The translations under genes were made by a program, and so were the position numbers. Below are positions 24,832 to 27,912 of a stretch of 27,912 bases of DNA, piece after piece (the first letter of the stretch is position 1; each line of letters starts with the position of its first letter). This stretch comes from a virus (lineage: Duplodnaviria; Caudoviricetes), in IMG/VR virus record IMGVR_UViG_3300020043_005946, positions 1 through 27,912 of that record; one strand, 5' to 3'. The notes below the pieces were generated by a model. That model had not been told where the DNA came from. It worked only from the letters and a program-made list of their open reading frames with translations, and did not search any database.

Positions 24832-27800
24832 ATGATTATATCAGAAGATGATTATCTATTATTCGCAGACGCCGTAAACGATCCAAATGCAACACCAGAA
24901 GACATTGTTGCATTTGGACAGAAAATGAAAGATTACGAGACTCAACAAAAGTCTTTTAATCTTACATTAACTCCTAAACTTGATAAACTTATCATGCAGG
25001 AAGATGAACGTACAACTATGAAAATCAACGATTTATATAGTGGCGTTGATAATGTTCCAATTCCAGATAATCTTAAAAGTGTTTTTAGTGACTCAGAAAG
25101 TCGTGCTCGTTATGCAAATCAATCATATTTAAAATACAAATATAATAAAGAATTTGATAGTACCGAATATGATCTTTATAAAGCAGATTATGCTAATAAA
25201 AATCTTAATTCTCTTCAACCAACTTCTGAAACAGATTTTTATAATTCTATTAAAAGTGGAGTTGATGCTGAAAATTCAGCAAAGAAACGTCTTCAAACTA
25301 ACTTTAAAAAAGCAGTAGAAACTTTTGTAAGTGGTGAACAATTATCTGATGCAAGATCACGCCTTAGTAAAGAAATGCCATATGATTTTGATTCTAATAT
25401 TTTTGATAATAGCTATAATACACTTTCTAATACAATTAAATCTTATAAGCCACAAATTTATAATTTTGTTGATTCATATGAACGTAAATTAAAAGGTGAA
25501 AGTAAACCAGAAGATGAAACAACTATTTCTGATTTTACAGCTAAATTAAATGAAATGCCTGATGAACATCGTCAGCTTTCACTCATTTTTCTTCGTAATC
25601 AAGCAAAAGAAAGAGGATTAAATACGCTTGAAACTCGTAATGTATTTTCTGGTCTTGCTGATGACTTTTCTAAATCATTTACTAGAATCTATGGTGAAGG
25701 TTTTATTGGTCGTGGCACATCTGAAGTTGAAAAGATTTATTCAAGAATAAACAGTTCTGGTAAAACAAAAACAGCAATTCCAGCTATTGATTCTTTTGAA
25801 GCTGCAAAGCAATATGTAGAAGAACAAACATTTCAAGGTCTTCGTCAAAATCAAGCAACAGGCGGTGAAGCAATGGGTGTAGGCACTGGTATTGCAAAAG
25901 AAATTGAAGGCGCAGTTGAACGTGAACTTTCACCTGATGAAAGTCTTTATATTCGTCAAGCACTTAAAGAAAGTCGTAAAGCTGTAACAATTGATCGTGA
26001 AATTCGTAACATCGGAAGTGTTCTTGATCCTGTTGCTGATAATTGGGCTGGATTAATGGCAGGCACTCTTGGTAGTTCTGCTGCTATAATGCTTCCTATA
26101 GCCTTTTCTGGCCCAGGAGGAGCCACTCTTGCAACAGAGATGTATCGTGGCATGGAATATAACAATCTTATGTCCAAATACCCAGAAATGGACCCTAATT
26201 CTGCTGATAGTATTGCTCTTGTTTCTGGTGCAGTTCAAGGTGCATTAGACTTTGCAGAAGTTGGATTGTTAAAAAATCTTGGTGGTAAACTTGCTAAAAA
26301 GTTTGCTCCTGGCATGGCTGGTGCAACTGTTGAAGGTGTTTATATTGGTGATTCTATTCTTGCTGATATGGGATTAACATATGCGTTTGAAAACGTTATT
26401 GAAGGTGTTCAAGATTTTACAACTCCTGTTGTTCAAGAAGTATTCTCAAGATTTGATAAAGCTGTTCCAGAAGTTAATTTTGGTGAAGAATTAAAAGAAT
26501 GGATTTCTACACGTCCAGATGTTGCTATTGGTATGATTCCATTAACCATTTTTGGTGGTGCTGCATCTGCTGGTGCTAAACTTTATAGTAATTCTCGTCT
26601 TCTTAAAGAAGCAAGTGACATTGAAAGATTAACTGACGCAGGAATTGTTGAAAGTGATCGCTTAACTCTTTCTAAAATGGTTGAAGATCGTGATGTAGAA
26701 GGTATTAGAAACTTTTTACCTGAAGCATGGAGTCGTCGTGACACTAGTGTTATAGAAAGTCGTGTAGCAGAAAAAATGAACAATCGTTTACTTTCTTTAA
26801 ATGCTGCTGCAAGTCTTAATGCTGCAATAGAAGCTGGTGCAATTCCAAACTTTTCTGTAACTGAAAATGGTCAATATCTTGTAGAAGGTGTAGAAAATCC
26901 ATTTAATACACGCGAAGAAGTAATGGGATATATTTCTGGTAGAATTTCTGAAATTAATTCAGTAAAATCTGAAATTATTACAGAAGGTGTTCGTAATATT
27001 GAACAAACAACAACAGATTTAAATATTTCTTCTGATCCAATTCAACTTGACGCTGAAAATAATACACTTTCTAAATTAAATGGTTTACCTGAGAATAAAG
27101 TTAATGAAATTAATAACGCATTTGGTGATAAAGTGCAACAAGATCGTTTATTCAAAAAGGTTGTAAGTGATATTTTCAGTGGTAAACAAACTGCTGAAAC
27201 TGCTCTTAAAGAGTATATAGACGGTGTTTATAACAATCTACCAAGCAGCACAAAAGATTCATTAGGAGTTGACGAAACTTCTGGTAAACAAGCTCTTTAT
27301 GATCTTGTTACAATGAAAAAAGATAAAGTTGAAGTGTTTACTGATAAAAAAATAGAAGATTTAAATATAAAAGAAATTGAATCTTTATATCAAAATAAAT
27401 CATTCTCTAAATATTCAATACAAAATTTAGAGAATATTCAAAATACATTAATTAATTCGGCACGTATAATTCCTGCTGGTGATCAAATATCAGAATCACA
27501 ACAAGATATATTGGATACAACAGCACGCGATATAGAAAAAAGACAAAAATTAAAACCAAATAGTATTGAAATAATTAGTGGTTTATTAAGTCATAAATCT
27601 GGTTCGGATAGAAATATAATTGAAACGATTAATTCGTTTAACGATTTTGTTAGTGAATTTTCTAAACAATATAAAGTTAATGTTTTATTTTATGAACAAA
27701 ATGGAGGAACACAAGCTTTTGCTGGTTTTTATGATCCAAACACACGAACTATATTTATAAATCGTCAATCTAGTTTTCCATTTATGGTTTTATATGGCCA

Positions 27801-27912
27801 TGAATTTAGTCATTCTTTACAATATACAAATCCTAAATTATATAAAGATGTTTCTTCTTTCCTATTTAGAATAATTGAAATTAAAAATCCTGACTTTTTA
27901 TTAAATGCGATA
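24832..27912 (+). CDS. Large internal virion/polyvalent protein, 3'-truncated, with zincin HExxH domain
   Basis: Hand-read open frame from ATG 24832 to the window end (absent from ORF track); hydrophobic Gly/Ala stretch about 26040-26580; AGFYDP...IFIN...GHEFSH at 27721-27813. Confidence 0.82.
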   Translation, partial: MIISEDDYLLFADAVNDPNATPEDIVAFGQKMKDYETQQKSFNLTLTPKLDKLIMQEDERTTMKINDLYSGVDNVPIPDNLKSVFSDSESRARYANQSYLKYKYNKEFDSTEYDLYKADYANKNLNSLQPTSETDFYNSIKSGVDAENSAKKRLQTNFKKAVETFVSGEQLSDARSRLSKEMPYDFDSNIFDNSYNTLSNTIKSYKPQIYNFVDSYERKLKGESKPEDETTISDFTAKLNEMPDEHRQLSLIFLRNQAKERGLNTLETRNVFSGLADDFSKSFTRIYGEGFIGRGTSEVEKIYSRINSSGKTKTAIPAIDSFEAAKQYVEEQTFQGLRQNQATGGEAMGVGTGIAKEIEGAVERELSPDESLYIRQALKESRKAVTIDREIRNIGSVLDPVADNWAGLMAGTLGSSAAIMLPIAFSGPGGATLATEMYRGMEYNNLMSKYPEMDPNSADSIALVSGAVQGALDFAEVGLLKNLGGKLAKKFAPGMAGATVEGVYIGDSILADMGLTYAFENVIEGVQDFTTPVVQEVFSRFDKAVPEVNFGEELKEWISTRPDVAIGMIPLTIFGGAASAGAKLYSNSRLLKEASDIERLTDAGIVESDRLTLSKMVEDRDVEGIRNFLPEAWSRRDTSVIESRVAEKMNNRLLSLNAAASLNAAIEAGAIPNFSVTENGQYLVEGVENPFNTREEVMGYISGRISEINSVKSEIITEGVRNIEQTTTDLNISSDPIQLDAENNTLSKLNGLPENKVNEINNAFGDKVQQDRLFKKVVSDIFSGKQTAETALKEYIDGVYNNLPSSTKDSLGVDETSGKQALYDLVTMKKDKVEVFTDKKIEDLNIKEIESLYQNKSFSKYSIQNLENIQNTLINSARIIPAGDQISESQQDILDTTARDIEKRQKLKPNSIEIISGLLSHKSGSDRNIIETINSFNDFVSEFSKQYKVNVLFYEQNGGTQAFAGFYDPNTRTIFINRQSSFPFMVLYGHEFSHSLQYTNPKLYKDVSSFLFRIIEIKNPDFLLNAI

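Larger units (their letters stand above)
1..27912 (+). mobile_element. Podovirus-like phage genome segment (possible satellite or phage-plasmid)
   Basis: Ordered terS-terL-portal-scaffold-capsid-adaptor-nozzle-internal proteins, plus endolysin and holin-like genes; no host housekeeping genes. Confidence 0.93.

Noticed and set aside
6862-26783. Short antisense or out-of-frame ORFs inside rep, terS, terL, portal, scaffold, capsid, nozzle and internal proteins
   Set aside because: Overlap well-supported genes, lack motifs and start signals
1-27912. Stop-codon recoding, diversity-generating retroelement, introns or inteins
   Set aside because: Genes are full length in the standard code; no reverse transcriptase or TR/VR pair noticed; TerL, portal and capsid are of normal size

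Overview
AT-rich segment of a podovirus-like tailed phage (Caudoviricetes). Left end (1-4028): glycosyltransferase, sulfotransferase, tail fibre/glycine-rich proteins, holin-like genes. Middle (about 4030-9500): a small non-structural block with a Zn-finger protein, two HNH nucleases, an iteron/IHF/AT-rich origin-like region, a candidate sRNA, a winged-helix Rep-like protein, a membrane protein, an M15 endolysin and an APS kinase. Right (9482-end): TerS, TerL, portal, scaffold, major capsid, tail adaptor, nozzle and three internal virion proteins, the last truncated. No polymerase, primase, helicase, integrase or sigma factor is seen in the window. The strongest unexplained signal is TAA(A/G)TA placed exactly 5 nt before the start codon at 14 sites. 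This is the geometry of T4 gp55-dependent late promoters, with +1 falling on the start codon (leaderless mRNA). Host sigma70-like promoters were noticed only around ori/rep and two accessory genes. Hypothesis (inference): a virion-forming satellite or phage-plasmid that keeps its own iteron origin and is switched on by the late sigma factor of a T4-like helper. Other notable items are an sRNA/leader-peptide control module before rep and tandem pseudoknots in the capsid leader. All calls come from reading motifs by eye; no database search was run.
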